A stretch of 21,129 nt of DNA from Nitrospinaceae bacterium (GTDB taxonomy: Bacteria; Nitrospinota; Nitrospinia; Nitrospinales; VA-1). Shown one piece after another: positions 1 through 9,175 of the stretch. The stretch is taken from the NCBI GenBank assembly GCA_046754465.1, contig JBHHVU010000055.1, positions 1 through 21,129 on the forward strand, written 5' to 3'. Within the stretch, counting starts at the first letter, position 1; each line of letters begins with the position of its first letter. The notes beneath the pieces are model-generated. The model had not been told where the DNA came from, made no database searches, and saw nothing but the letters and a program-made list of their open reading frames with translations. Made by a program: the position numbers and the translations under genes.

Positions 1-3000
1 GGGGTCATCGGCGCCTGGTATGGAAAGGGTCCCGGAGTGCGGCGGATCGCCGATGTGGAAGATCACCTCCAGATGGCCGGATTGGATAAATTCTGCGCCG
101 CCTATTTCATGAGCGGGGATGACCATACCAGCAAGAGCAGCACCACCCCTCATCAAACCGATTTCATCCATTTCGCCAATCACGTCCCCACGGCCTACCC
201 CGGCAACATCAAGGAGATTCTGGAGACCGGCAAAAAAATTCTCTTAACCTCCATGATCTCCGGACTGGGGATCAACCTGAAACTGGAAACCTATGTGTGC
301 GACGGGTCCCAGGAGTTTCAACTGGACCCTGAAGAAGACGAAATCCTCGCGCGGAAATTCAAGGGATTTCTAGCGGCCCATGCCGGCTACAAAAGGCACT
401 TCAGCCCCGTCCTGCTGAAACCCAGCGTCCTTGAAAATGAACAGGAGCTCCTCTATTCCAAATTGCCGATGGTGCAGCGCATTTCCCGGGAATTCGGTTT
501 CGACGCCTGGATCAACCGGGGCCTGAAATCTGACTTTGGGATCGTCGCTCCTGGAAAAACCTTCTACGACCTCCAGGGCGCCCTGAACCTTTTGGGTATT
601 TCCCAGGACGAAGTTGAGATCTATAAACCCATGATCACCTGGCCGGTGGACGTGGAGTCCTTCAGGGAATTCGCCCATGGGAAACGGGAAATCATCGTGA
701 TCGAGGAAAAACGCCCCTTCTATGAAACCCACATCAAAAATGAGTTCTTCAACGTAGCGAACCGGCCCGTCATCATCGGCAAAAGCGATGAACGGGGAAA
801 CGTCTTGTTCCGGCAAAACATCAATCTCGATGCCGATCTGATCATGAAGGTGCTGGGAAAACGGCTGGCCGCCAAAAAACAATTCCAACACAGGGGCATT
901 GAACGCATCTTGAAAGAAAGAGACCCCGGCCCGGGGAAACCGGAAGCCATTCAGGTCCAAAGGCCGCCGGAATATTGTTCCGGTTGCCAGCACCGCACGG
1001 CTTTGGAAATTCCAGGTTACGACAACCTCCGGGGGACCGTGGAATCGGTGGTGGTGGATAACAAGGACCTCGATGGAAATCCCGTCCGCGTGGAGATCAC
1101 CCCGAAACACATCCTGGGCATCGGCATTGGGTGCTCCACGATGTCGATCATCGATTCCCTTGCCAGCAATCGGGCGGTGGTGGTCGGCCCCATGGGAAGT
1201 GAAGGCCTGCTTTGGATGGGCGCCTCCCTGTTCAGTTACCGGACCCACGCCCACCAGGGATGTGGAGACGGCACCTACTTCCATTCCGCCGAAAACAACA
1301 TCCGCTTCATCCGGGACGCGATCAAACATCTTAAAGAGCACTATCATATCGAGGATACCAACCAGACGCTGCTGGTGGTGGATAACAGCGTGGTCGCCAT
1401 GACGGGCGGGCAAAGGCCGGTGGGCCAATTCGATCCCGAAACCGCCATCGCCAATATCAAGAAGGAGGGCATCGAAAATGTGGCCCTCGTCGCGGAATTT
1501 CCCGATGAATACCGACATCTGGAAAAGAAATATGGGGTCCCCGTCTATGCTAAATCGGACACATTACGGGTGAAGGAAGCCTTCTCGGAAAAACCGGGGC
1601 TCAGCGTCATCTGGTACGTCCAGAAATGCGGGTTGGAAAAAGGGCGGGAAAGGAAAATCCTCCAGGAGCTGGCCCCGAAAGTCAGGGTTCATGTCAACAC
1701 CGAGGTCTGTGAAGATTGCGGCGACTGCGGGGTGGAGGCGAAGTGCGCCTCGGTGTGGAAAACGGATACTGAATTCGGACCTAAGGTGAAAATCCACCAA
1801 TACAGTTGTATTCAGGATTTCGCCTGCGCCCGGGGGGAATGTCCTTCTTATGTCAAGGTAACCACGAGATCGGGGAGCGCGCTAAAAAAATCCGTTCTCG
1901 AAAAAATAGCCCTCGCCGAGGGGGAACTGCCCGACCCCGAACGGGAGATCGACCCCAACAAAACCTTCAAGCTTTACTCCATCGGCATCGGCGGATGGGG
2001 CCTCATGACCGCCTATGAAATTCTCGCCCGCGCGGCCAGCCGCGAAGGGAAAAATGTGGTCAAGGAAGACGATACCGGCCTTTCCCAGAAGGGGGGGGAA
2101 GTCCGCAACAGCCTGAAAATCTCCAGCCGGAGAAAGGAGTTTAAGGAAGGTTTTAAAATCGAATCCGGCGGGGCCGATCTCTATATTTCCTCGGATATGA
2201 TCGGGGCGGTCAATCCCGAAAATCTTCAGGGAACCACCAGGGATAAAACCCAGGCCATCATCAACACCGAGAAAATTCCCACCATGCCGATGGTGGTGGG
2301 ACAGGAGGATTATCCGGACCCGGAAGGATTGAGGCGAATCATTGACGCCCATACCTCCAGGGAAAAAAATATTTATGTCAACGCGACCGCCATCGTCGAG
2401 AGCCTCTTCAAGGATTTTAAACCCACCAACCTGTTCCTTCTGGGAGTGGCTTTTGAGGCGGTGGGGGACTTTCCCGTCCGGCGCGCGAAAAGTATCGAGG
2501 AGGCAATCCGGGCAAACAATGTGGATATAGAAAAGAATATCCAGGCCTTCCGCTATGGGCGTTTGTACGTGCGGGATCCCCAAAGGGTCCTCTCCCTGGC
2601 CTTACCCGGTGAACCGGATCCCGAGCAAAGGATTGAAGGTTTCCGGCAACAACTGGGTACCCGCTCCCGGCAGCGGTTTGATGAAATGATCCGCCGGATT
2701 CCCTGGGACGGCGATTATAAGGGGAAATTCGCCCGGGAGATTTTTGAACTGATTCAATTCCAGAACAGCGCTTACGCGGAACAGTTCGTGGACCTCGTGG
2801 CAAGGGTGTATGAATTCGAACGCGGGTTTTACCCCCGGGAAAGATTCCGTTTCACTAAAACCGTTGCCGATAACCTTTATGACGTCATGGCCTATAAAGA
2901 CGAGTACCGGGTGGCGGATCTTTTGACCCGGCCCGGGGAAATTCAGAAGATCAAGGATCAATATGAGGAGGGGGAAATCCGTAAAATTCGGTTCCTGTTG

Positions 3001-3414
3001 CGCCCCCCGCTGCTGGAGAATCTCCCGGGAATCAGGGACCTCCAGTTCATCAGGGAAAAATTTGAAAAGGATGAAAAATGGGAAGTTCCCGCATGGATGC
3101 TGAACTTGTTAAAACATTTCAAATTTTTGCGTGGAACAATTTTCGACTTCCTGGCATGGGGCAGCACAACCCGAATGCGGGAGCGGAAGGCCATCGTCCA
3201 ATACAAAGCCAGAATCGAAGGCTTGCTCACCCTTTTGAACGAACAAAATTATTCAGAGGCCTGCGAAGCCGCCACGTATCCCCGTCTGGCCTCGGGGTAC
3301 GAAAAAGTCAAACAATTCCACGAAGAGCAGGCGGAAGAATTCTGGCAGAATAAAATGGAAGCCATCGCGGGGGACAAAAAGGCGCGACGTCCGGCCCAGG
3401 CGGTTTCCGCATAA
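1..3414 (+). CDS. Indolepyruvate/2-oxoacid:ferredoxin oxidoreductase family protein, fused alpha+beta single chain (5'-truncated)
   Basis: The frame is open from base 1 (GVIGAWYGKGPGV, the conserved WYGKGPG motif), so the true start is upstream of the window. Motifs: GDDHxSKSS, EEKR, CSGCxH, ThDP-binding GDGTYFHS...NSVVAMTGGQ, ferredoxin CxxCxxC...CPS, beta-domain GIGGWG and TGLSQKGG, C-terminal AYKDEYxVA. Confidence 0.93.
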   Translation, partial: GVIGAWYGKGPGVRRIADVEDHLQMAGLDKFCAAYFMSGDDHTSKSSTTPHQTDFIHFANHVPTAYPGNIKEILETGKKILLTSMISGLGINLKLETYVCDGSQEFQLDPEEDEILARKFKGFLAAHAGYKRHFSPVLLKPSVLENEQELLYSKLPMVQRISREFGFDAWINRGLKSDFGIVAPGKTFYDLQGALNLLGISQDEVEIYKPMITWPVDVESFREFAHGKREIIVIEEKRPFYETHIKNEFFNVANRPVIIGKSDERGNVLFRQNINLDADLIMKVLGKRLAAKKQFQHRGIERILKERDPGPGKPEAIQVQRPPEYCSGCQHRTALEIPGYDNLRGTVESVVVDNKDLDGNPVRVEITPKHILGIGIGCSTMSIIDSLASNRAVVVGPMGSEGLLWMGASLFSYRTHAHQGCGDGTYFHSAENNIRFIRDAIKHLKEHYHIEDTNQTLLVVDNSVVAMTGGQRPVGQFDPETAIANIKKEGIENVALVAEFPDEYRHLEKKYGVPVYAKSDTLRVKEAFSEKPGLSVIWYVQKCGLEKGRERKILQELAPKVRVHVNTEVCEDCGDCGVEAKCASVWKTDTEFGPKVKIHQYSCIQDFACARGECPSYVKVTTRSGSALKKSVLEKIALAEGELPDPEREIDPNKTFKLYSIGIGGWGLMTAYEILARAASREGKNVVKEDDTGLSQKGGEVRNSLKISSRRKEFKEGFKIESGGADLYISSDMIGAVNPENLQGTTRDKTQAIINTEKIPTMPMVVGQEDYPDPEGLRRIIDAHTSREKNIYVNATAIVESLFKDFKPTNLFLLGVAFEAVGDFPVRRAKSIEEAIRANNVDIEKNIQAFRYGRLYVRDPQRVLSLALPGEPDPEQRIEGFRQQLGTRSRQRFDEMIRRIPWDGDYKGKFAREIFELIQFQNSAYAEQFVDLVARVYEFERGFYPRERFRFTKTVADNLYDVMAYKDEYRVADLLTRPGEIQKIKDQYEEGEIRKIRFLLRPPLLENLPGIRDLQFIREKFEKDEKWEVPAWMLNLLKHFKFLRGTIFDFLAWGSTTRMRERKAIVQYKARIEGLLTLLNEQNYSEACEAATYPRLASGYEKVKQFHEEQAEEFWQNKMEAIAGDKKARRPAQAVSA

Positions 3415-3471
3415 CAACGATTCAATTTCTCCCACGAGGATAGAACCCAAGAGGTTCGGGGAGGTTTCGCC

Positions 3472-4656
3472 ATGAAAAACACTCAAAACTTTTCATACAT
3501 ATACAGCGGTGCGCGAACTCCCATCGGCAGGTTGAACGGGGCGCTGTCGGCCTTGTCCGCTCCGGAACTCGGCGCCGTGGCCATTCGGGAGGCGGTAAAA
3601 CGAAGCGGGGTCGCCATCGAAAAATTTAGCGAAGTCATTATGGGCAACGTATTGTCCGCCGGGATCGGCCAAGCGCCGGCCCGGCAAGCCGCTATCAGAA
3701 GCGGGCTACCGGAACGGGTGGGAGCCACCACCGTCAACAAGGTCTGCGGCTCGGGACTCAAGGCGGTGATGCTCGCGGACGATGCCATCCGGTTGGAGCA
3801 AGCCGAGTTCGTCGTGGCGGGAGGGATGGAAAGCATGAGCCAGGCGCCTTTCCTGCTCCCCAACGCCCGCAAGGGTTACAAACTGGGAAATGTGGATCTC
3901 ATCGACAGCCTCATCCACGACGGATTGTGGGACAGCTTCGAAAACTGCCACATGGGTGAAATCGCCGAGAAATTTACGGCGGAGGGAAAATACGGAAGAG
4001 AGGCTCAGGACCGGTTTGCCCTCGAGAGCTACCGTCGCGCCCGGAAAGCGCAGACCGATTGCGTTTTTTCCGAGGAAATCGTCAGCGTGCCGGTGGATAT
4101 CCGTGGAAAGCGGACTTTGGTGGAAAAGGATGAACAGCCCTTCGCCAATGACCTGGAAAAACTTCCCAACCTGCCGCCGGTTTTCAAACCGGACGATGGA
4201 ACCGTGACGGCCGGAAACGCATCGAAAATCAACGACGGAGCCGCGGCCCTGGTTTTGGGACCCTACGATCCCTCCCTCCCGGCAATGGCCCGCATCCTTG
4301 GCCAGGCAACCCATTCCGAACCCCCCGACCGATTTCCCATAGCGCCGGTGACGGGAATCCGGAAGCTTTTGCGGACCACCGGTCTCCACCTCGGCGATAT
4401 CGACCTGTTCGAAATCAATGAAGCCTTTTCCATTTCGATGTTGGCCGTTTGCGGCCGGCTGGGACTGGATATGAAAAAAGTTAACGTCAATGGCGGGGCG
4501 GTGGCGCTGGGGCATCCCATCGGCGCTTCCGGTGCAAGGATACTCGTCACCCTGCTTTACGCCCTCAAGGCGCGGAACCTGAAACGGGGAATCGCGGCGG
4601 TCTGCCTGGGCGGGGGGGAAAGCGTGGCCGTGGCCATTGAACGGCCGGTTCCGTAA
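3472..4656 (+). CDS. Acetyl-CoA C-acetyltransferase (canonical thiolase)
   Basis: RTPIG, VNKVCGSG (nucleophile Cys), GGMESMS, NEAF, GHPIGASG and CLGGG are all intact. GGAGGT RBS at 3460-3465. Confidence 0.96.
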   Translation: MKNTQNFSYIYSGARTPIGRLNGALSALSAPELGAVAIREAVKRSGVAIEKFSEVIMGNVLSAGIGQAPARQAAIRSGLPERVGATTVNKVCGSGLKAVMLADDAIRLEQAEFVVAGGMESMSQAPFLLPNARKGYKLGNVDLIDSLIHDGLWDSFENCHMGEIAEKFTAEGKYGREAQDRFALESYRRARKAQTDCVFSEEIVSVPVDIRGKRTLVEKDEQPFANDLEKLPNLPPVFKPDDGTVTAGNASKINDGAAALVLGPYDPSLPAMARILGQATHSEPPDRFPIAPVTGIRKLLRTTGLHLGDIDLFEINEAFSISMLAVCGRLGLDMKKVNVNGGAVALGHPIGASGARILVTLLYALKARNLKRGIAAVCLGGGESVAVAIERPVP

Positions 4657-4680
4657 ACCGCTGTCCAGGAGAATGGGCCT

Positions 4681-5562
4681 TTATAGCTCGATGGTTTTTT
4701 CATACACGCCCAATTGGACGTTTAATCCACATTCGAGGCTGCGGGACCGGGGAACGGTGAACGTCCCGTTGCGTGTCAACTTCAGCATGTCCTGGAAATT
4801 TCGGTATTCCTCGTCGGGGTAGACCACGCTGGATTGGTCCAAAATCTTCCGCATCCGTTCTTTATTAAAGGGGAGTTTCTCATTTCCCTTTTCTTCGAAC
4901 GTTTTTTCCACGGCCAGGGACAGGGGTGTCTGACCCTGTTTCACCTTCTGCCAGGTATTGCAGAGAAATCCCTGGTCGAACACTCCTGTTTTGACCCAGT
5001 ACTCGATGACCTTCCCGGCGGACCCCTCCGCCCCGTTGCCGAAATTCGCCGGGCAGATCAGGGCATTGGCGCGCAGCGACTCCGCATTGAAGGATTGAAG
5101 CACGTACAGGTCGGAACAGATCAAAAAATAGGCAGTCTGGTATTGCCCCTCTTGCCGGAACGTAACTCTGTTCAAGTGAGAGTATGGAGCGACATTCATT
5201 TTCGGGGAAGACGCGTCCTCATGGCGCATCTCAAAGGATTGGGGAGTGATTTTGGCTTGGGGGGTGTAAATCCGGCCCGTTCTTGAAAAAACAAAAAGCG
5301 TGTTGTAATTCACCTTTGAGCCGGCATGAGGCAGGTCATCACCGGGCATATTCAGTGACGTAATGATGGAGACGCCCTGCTGGGCAGCGAGCCGGGACAA
5401 TTCCATCCGGGCGGTCCTAGACCCTTCAGGCGTATAGGCTCCATACTCGGGGAAGAGAATCGTTTCTCCGCTCTCGGCGGCCGCGGCTTTCTGGATTATT
5501 TCCTCCAGTTGGTGGGTTTCTCCCGCCATCTGGAAGGTCTTTATCGTCAGTTTCAACCCCAT
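4681..5562 (-). CDS. Divergent carbon-nitrogen hydrolase (nitrilase superfamily) protein
   Basis: Glu-Lys-Cys triad contexts in the expected order: ILFPEYG, YNTLFVF, AKITPQSFE, LICSDL. Start placed at ATG 5562 (GGAG 6 nt upstream) rather than 5601, where GGAGG abuts the ATG. Confidence 0.7.
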   Translation of the reverse strand: MGLKLTIKTFQMAGETHQLEEIIQKAAAAESGETILFPEYGAYTPEGSRTARMELSRLAAQQGVSIITSLNMPGDDLPHAGSKVNYNTLFVFSRTGRIYTPQAKITPQSFEMRHEDASSPKMNVAPYSHLNRVTFRQEGQYQTAYFLICSDLYVLQSFNAESLRANALICPANFGNGAEGSAGKVIEYWVKTGVFDQGFLCNTWQKVKQGQTPLSLAVEKTFEEKGNEKLPFNKERMRKILDQSSVVYPDEEYRNFQDMLKLTRNGTFTVPRSRSLECGLNVQLGVYEKTIEL

Positions 5563-5590
5563 TTCCCGCTCCCGGACCCACCCGGAATTT

Positions 5591-6655
5591 TCAGTCGCCA
5601 TCCTCCGGATTTCCGGAAAAGGTGGAAATTTTCTCCAGCGGATTGTCCGTGAGAACCGAATTCACCCCGACACGTCTGTCTTCCGTGTGCATCAACCGGA
5701 AACACGATTCCACTTCCGCCCGAGCCATTTCTTTAATGCCTTGCCCGTTCTCCCACGTTACATCCGGAAATTTTTCAATCAGTTCAAATACTGCCGCCGC
5801 GGCCCTTGGGGCGATGGGTTTGCCCAGTTCCTTCAATTTTCCATTGATATATTTCGATGCGGAAAGACCCTGCTTTCCATTTCCTTCCAATTCGCCCATT
5901 TCGATCTTCCGGGCGACTTCCCGCACAAGCTCCCGGTACCTTCGGGAATCGGTTCTCTGGGCAATCATCCGGTCCAGATCCTCCCGGGAGACCAGAACTT
6001 CGGGAGGGGCCTGGGCGGGAGGACCGCCGCTCACCGCTAGGTCCAGGGCTTCGTCCAGGATGGTCTCCCCGGGATAGATGCGGGAAACCAATCCGGAGCG
6101 CAACATTTCCTCCGCGTGGATGCGGTTGCCGGTCGCCGCCAGGTAGAGGGCGTTTTCCCCGCCGGATCGAAGCACGGTGTTCAATATCCCGTTCCAGCCG
6201 GGAATGATCCCGATATTCACCTCTGAAAACTGGATACCGGTGTCCGGGGTACAAACCCCGTAGTGGGCCATCAAGGGCCATTCGACGGAACCCCCGTACC
6301 GCTCGCCCTGCATGATGGAAACGGTGGTGACCTTCCGGGAAATTTCCTTTATCTTGAGGTCAAGATCCGTTCCGGCCGTTAGATATTCATGCACCGCTCG
6401 CGGGTTGATCTCCCCCGCGAACAGGGAGAGGTCCGCCCCCGCGTGAATCCTGCCTCCGGAACCATGAAACAGGATGAACGTCAAGTCCGCCTCGTTCCGG
6501 ATTTCATCGAGGACGGCATGGATCTCTTTCAACGCCTCGAGGGGCAGGGTATTCACCTTGCTGAAGGGGTTATCGATTTTCAGCAACACCCCCTTCTTCC
6601 CCTTATATTCCTTTATGACTGCGGACACGTACTTCCCGGAAATCCCTTGCCGCAT
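5591..6655 (-). CDS. Enoyl-CoA hydratase/isomerase (crotonase) family protein with C-terminal helical extension
   Basis: VNTL, oxyanion-hole AGADLS, GGSVE and SEVNIGIIPG (both catalytic Glu positions). The ORF-track start at 6832 lies inside the ACAD gene; ATG 6655 follows the ACAD stop by 2 nt. Confidence 0.9.
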   Translation of the reverse strand: MRQGISGKYVSAVIKEYKGKKGVLLKIDNPFSKVNTLPLEALKEIHAVLDEIRNEADLTFILFHGSGGRIHAGADLSLFAGEINPRAVHEYLTAGTDLDLKIKEISRKVTTVSIMQGERYGGSVEWPLMAHYGVCTPDTGIQFSEVNIGIIPGWNGILNTVLRSGGENALYLAATGNRIHAEEMLRSGLVSRIYPGETILDEALDLAVSGGPPAQAPPEVLVSREDLDRMIAQRTDSRRYRELVREVARKIEMGELEGNGKQGLSASKYINGKLKELGKPIAPRAAAAVFELIEKFPDVTWENGQGIKEMARAEVESCFRLMHTEDRRVGVNSVLTDNPLEKISTFSGNPEDGD

Positions 6656-6657
6656 GG

Positions 6658-8115
6658 TCACAAACCTTTTCTGGCCAGGTATTTTTTGACCTCCATATGG
6701 GAGACGACGTTTTCCAGGACTTCCGGCACCGCTTCGCCGAAATAGTACAGAAAGCTGTCCAGATAATGTTTGAGGCTGAAAGTTTCCTTGACCACGGAAC
6801 TGGCCCCGCCGATCTTGACCAGGTAATCGCAAGCTTTCATCGCCACAATGGAGGCCTTGAGTTTCGCCCCGTTGGAGGCGATCACATATTCCCGCAGCCG
6901 GTCCTTGTCATCGGGGCCGGCATCATATCGCTCTTTCAACCAGGCGGCGCGGTAAGTCAAATCCCTCGCGGCATTGATCTCGACGGACATGTCGGCGATC
7001 CGCGCTTTGGTCCGGTCGTATTCCACCAGGTGCCGGTCCGCGGATTTTTTTCCTTCCACGGCGGTATCCATATATTCGTCAAAAGCCCTTTGAGCCAGGC
7101 CGACAGCCAACGCGGCGATGGTGACCCGGCCGGAGTTCAACATCCGCATCGCGTATTTCGCGCCCTCCCCCGCTTTCCCCACGAGGTTTTCCACGGGAAC
7201 CCGCACCTCATTGAAAACCAGCTCCCCCAGGGAAGAATTCTCGACGATTCTTTTTTCAAACAACTGGCCGATCCGGAAACCCTCCATTCCCCGTTCCACG
7301 AGGAACAAGGAAATTCCCTGTCCCTCCGCTTCTTCCCCGCGGCCCGCTTGCGAGGTTCTGGCGAACACGGCATAGACGTCCGCCGTCCCGGCATTGGTGA
7401 TATACATCTTGTTGCCCGTAATGACGTAATGCGCCTCATCCTCCAGCCAAAGGGCGCGGGTCGTCATCTCCTGCATAATATTCGATCCCGAAGCCGAGGC
7501 CTCGGTCAATCCAAAAGCCGCGAGTTTCTCCCCCGCGATCAAACTTTTCAGGATGGTTTGCCCATATTCCGAAAGGTTCCCGTTTCGATGATTGAACCGC
7601 AATCCTTCTGCGCAGGTATTCGAGATGGCATACCTCACCCCGACACTGGGAGAGGCTTTGCCCAGAATTTCCAGAAAGGCAATGAACAACGGATAAGGGA
7701 ACCCCATCCCATCCAGTTCATCGGAAAAGCACATGCCGGGCAGTCCGAAATCGGTGATTTGGCGGTACACTTCATCGGGAATGTTTTGCTCGTTTTTGAT
7801 TTCCCGGCCCACCTCATCGACCGGACCCATGATCCATTGGCAAACCTCATCGGAAACCGTTCCCGTTTGTCCGCTTTTCGCAACGATGGTGTCGATCCCT
7901 TTTTTAATTTGCCATTCTTTTTCCCGGAACCGTTCCCTGAAATCCTTAAAAGGATTTTTGGCGCGCTCAAATTCGGTCTTTTGTTCCGCCGGCAAAACGG
8001 TTTTTTCCACCAGCGTCCCGAAAGTTTCCAACATGGTCTGAAAATCATCGTGGTTCTCATGGCCGCCGTACAGCATCTGAATCCAGTCTTTTTGTTGTCG
8101 GGTGACATAGCTCAT
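6658..8115 (-). CDS. Acyl-CoA dehydrogenase family protein (long, divergent)
   Basis: AAFGLTEASASGSN, ITGNKMYITNA, LFLVE, GELVFNEVRVPVENLVG, LNSGRV, AKL, FGEA. GGGGAG RBS upstream. Confidence 0.92.
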   Translation of the reverse strand: MSYVTRQQKDWIQMLYGGHENHDDFQTMLETFGTLVEKTVLPAEQKTEFERAKNPFKDFRERFREKEWQIKKGIDTIVAKSGQTGTVSDEVCQWIMGPVDEVGREIKNEQNIPDEVYRQITDFGLPGMCFSDELDGMGFPYPLFIAFLEILGKASPSVGVRYAISNTCAEGLRFNHRNGNLSEYGQTILKSLIAGEKLAAFGLTEASASGSNIMQEMTTRALWLEDEAHYVITGNKMYITNAGTADVYAVFARTSQAGRGEEAEGQGISLFLVERGMEGFRIGQLFEKRIVENSSLGELVFNEVRVPVENLVGKAGEGAKYAMRMLNSGRVTIAALAVGLAQRAFDEYMDTAVEGKKSADRHLVEYDRTKARIADMSVEINAARDLTYRAAWLKERYDAGPDDKDRLREYVIASNGAKLKASIVAMKACDYLVKIGGASSVVKETFSLKHYLDSFLYYFGEAVPEVLENVVSHMEVKKYLARKGL

Positions 8116-8267
8116 CGCAGGACTCCCCTGTTTAAATAACGCGCGGGATGAACCGTTTCCCGGAGCTTTGGGAAATTCCCCGGCCAGGTTTAAACCGCGG
8201 TGAGAAACGCCGGGGAAAAACGAAGCCAGAATTCATATGGGAATAAATCTAGCCCAGGGCGGCAATT

Positions 8268-9161
8268 TTATAAATAGCGGCTCAAAATCTTGTTCACTTC
8301 CCCCGGTTTGTTGTTTTCCCAGATATAGAAGCCGGCTCCCGTCTTGTTCCCCAACCATCCCGCTTCCACCATTCTCGTCAGCAGGGGAGCCGGTTTGAAC
8401 CGTTCCCCAAGTTCATGCTGAAGCACGGAGAGAATATGATGGGTGGTGTCGTTGCCGATCAAATCAGACAACGCCAGGGGACCCAGGGGATGGTTCAGGC
8501 AGTGCACGGCCCCCCGATCCACGTCCACGATGCTGGAGGTCCCCTCTTCCACCACCGCGATCGATTCGTTGATCATCGGCATCACAATCCGGTTGATCAC
8601 AAACCCGGCCTTATCGGCGGCATGAATCGGTATCTTGGAGAATTCCTCCGCCAGGCGGATCGTTTTTCGGTGCGTTTCGTCGGAGGTTTTCAGGGCGCGG
8701 ATGATTTCCACGCCAGGCATGAGCGGGACGGGATTCATGAAATGCATGCCAATCACGTTTTCGGGATGACCGGTAAAAGAAGCCAGGGTGGTGATGGGAA
8801 TGGACGAGGTGTTGGAAGCCATCACCGTGTCTTTCCCGCACAAGGCATCGATCCTTTCAAGGATTTTCCTTTTTTCCTCCCGGTCTTCGGTGATCGCTTC
8901 GATGACAAAACTGGAACCGGCCGCCTTTTCCAGATTTTCCGCGGCGGCAACGTTTCCCGAAAGGTCCGCGAGGGCCTCTTTCCGGAGTTCCCCCTTATCA
9001 GCCATTTTCTGAAAACTCTTTTGAATCCGGTTCACGCCTTTTTCCGCCTGTCCCGGTTCGCAATCATACAGCCAAACTTGGTAACCGGCCTGGGCGGCCA
9101 CCTGGGCAATGCCCCGTCCCATGGTTCCCGCCCCGGCGACGAAAATGTTTTGATTAGCCAT
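8268..9161 (-). CDS. hbd: 3-hydroxybutyryl-/3-hydroxyacyl-CoA dehydrogenase
   Basis: GAGTMG Rossmann motif, VIEAITE, ASNTSSI, GMHFMNP (catalytic His), GFVINR, HPLGP, GNKTGAGFY. 297 aa. Confidence 0.92.
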   Translation of the reverse strand: MANQNIFVAGAGTMGRGIAQVAAQAGYQVWLYDCEPGQAEKGVNRIQKSFQKMADKGELRKEALADLSGNVAAAENLEKAAGSSFVIEAITEDREEKRKILERIDALCGKDTVMASNTSSIPITTLASFTGHPENVIGMHFMNPVPLMPGVEIIRALKTSDETHRKTIRLAEEFSKIPIHAADKAGFVINRIVMPMINESIAVVEEGTSSIVDVDRGAVHCLNHPLGPLALSDLIGNDTTHHILSVLQHELGERFKPAPLLTRMVEAGWLGNKTGAGFYIWENNKPGEVNKILSRYL

Positions 9162-9175
9162 TGTTGACTATTTTT

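Noticed and set aside
370..1518. 382-aa - strand ORF and other ORFs nested in the IOR and thiolase genes
   Set aside because: Antisense or alternate-frame shadows typical of GC-rich coding DNA.
6656..6832. N-terminal extension of the crotonase ORF
   Set aside because: Overlaps the ACAD 3' end; the coupled ATG at 6655 is more plausible.
6697..8139. 480-aa + strand ORF
   Set aside because: Antisense shadow of the ACAD gene with no recognisable motifs.
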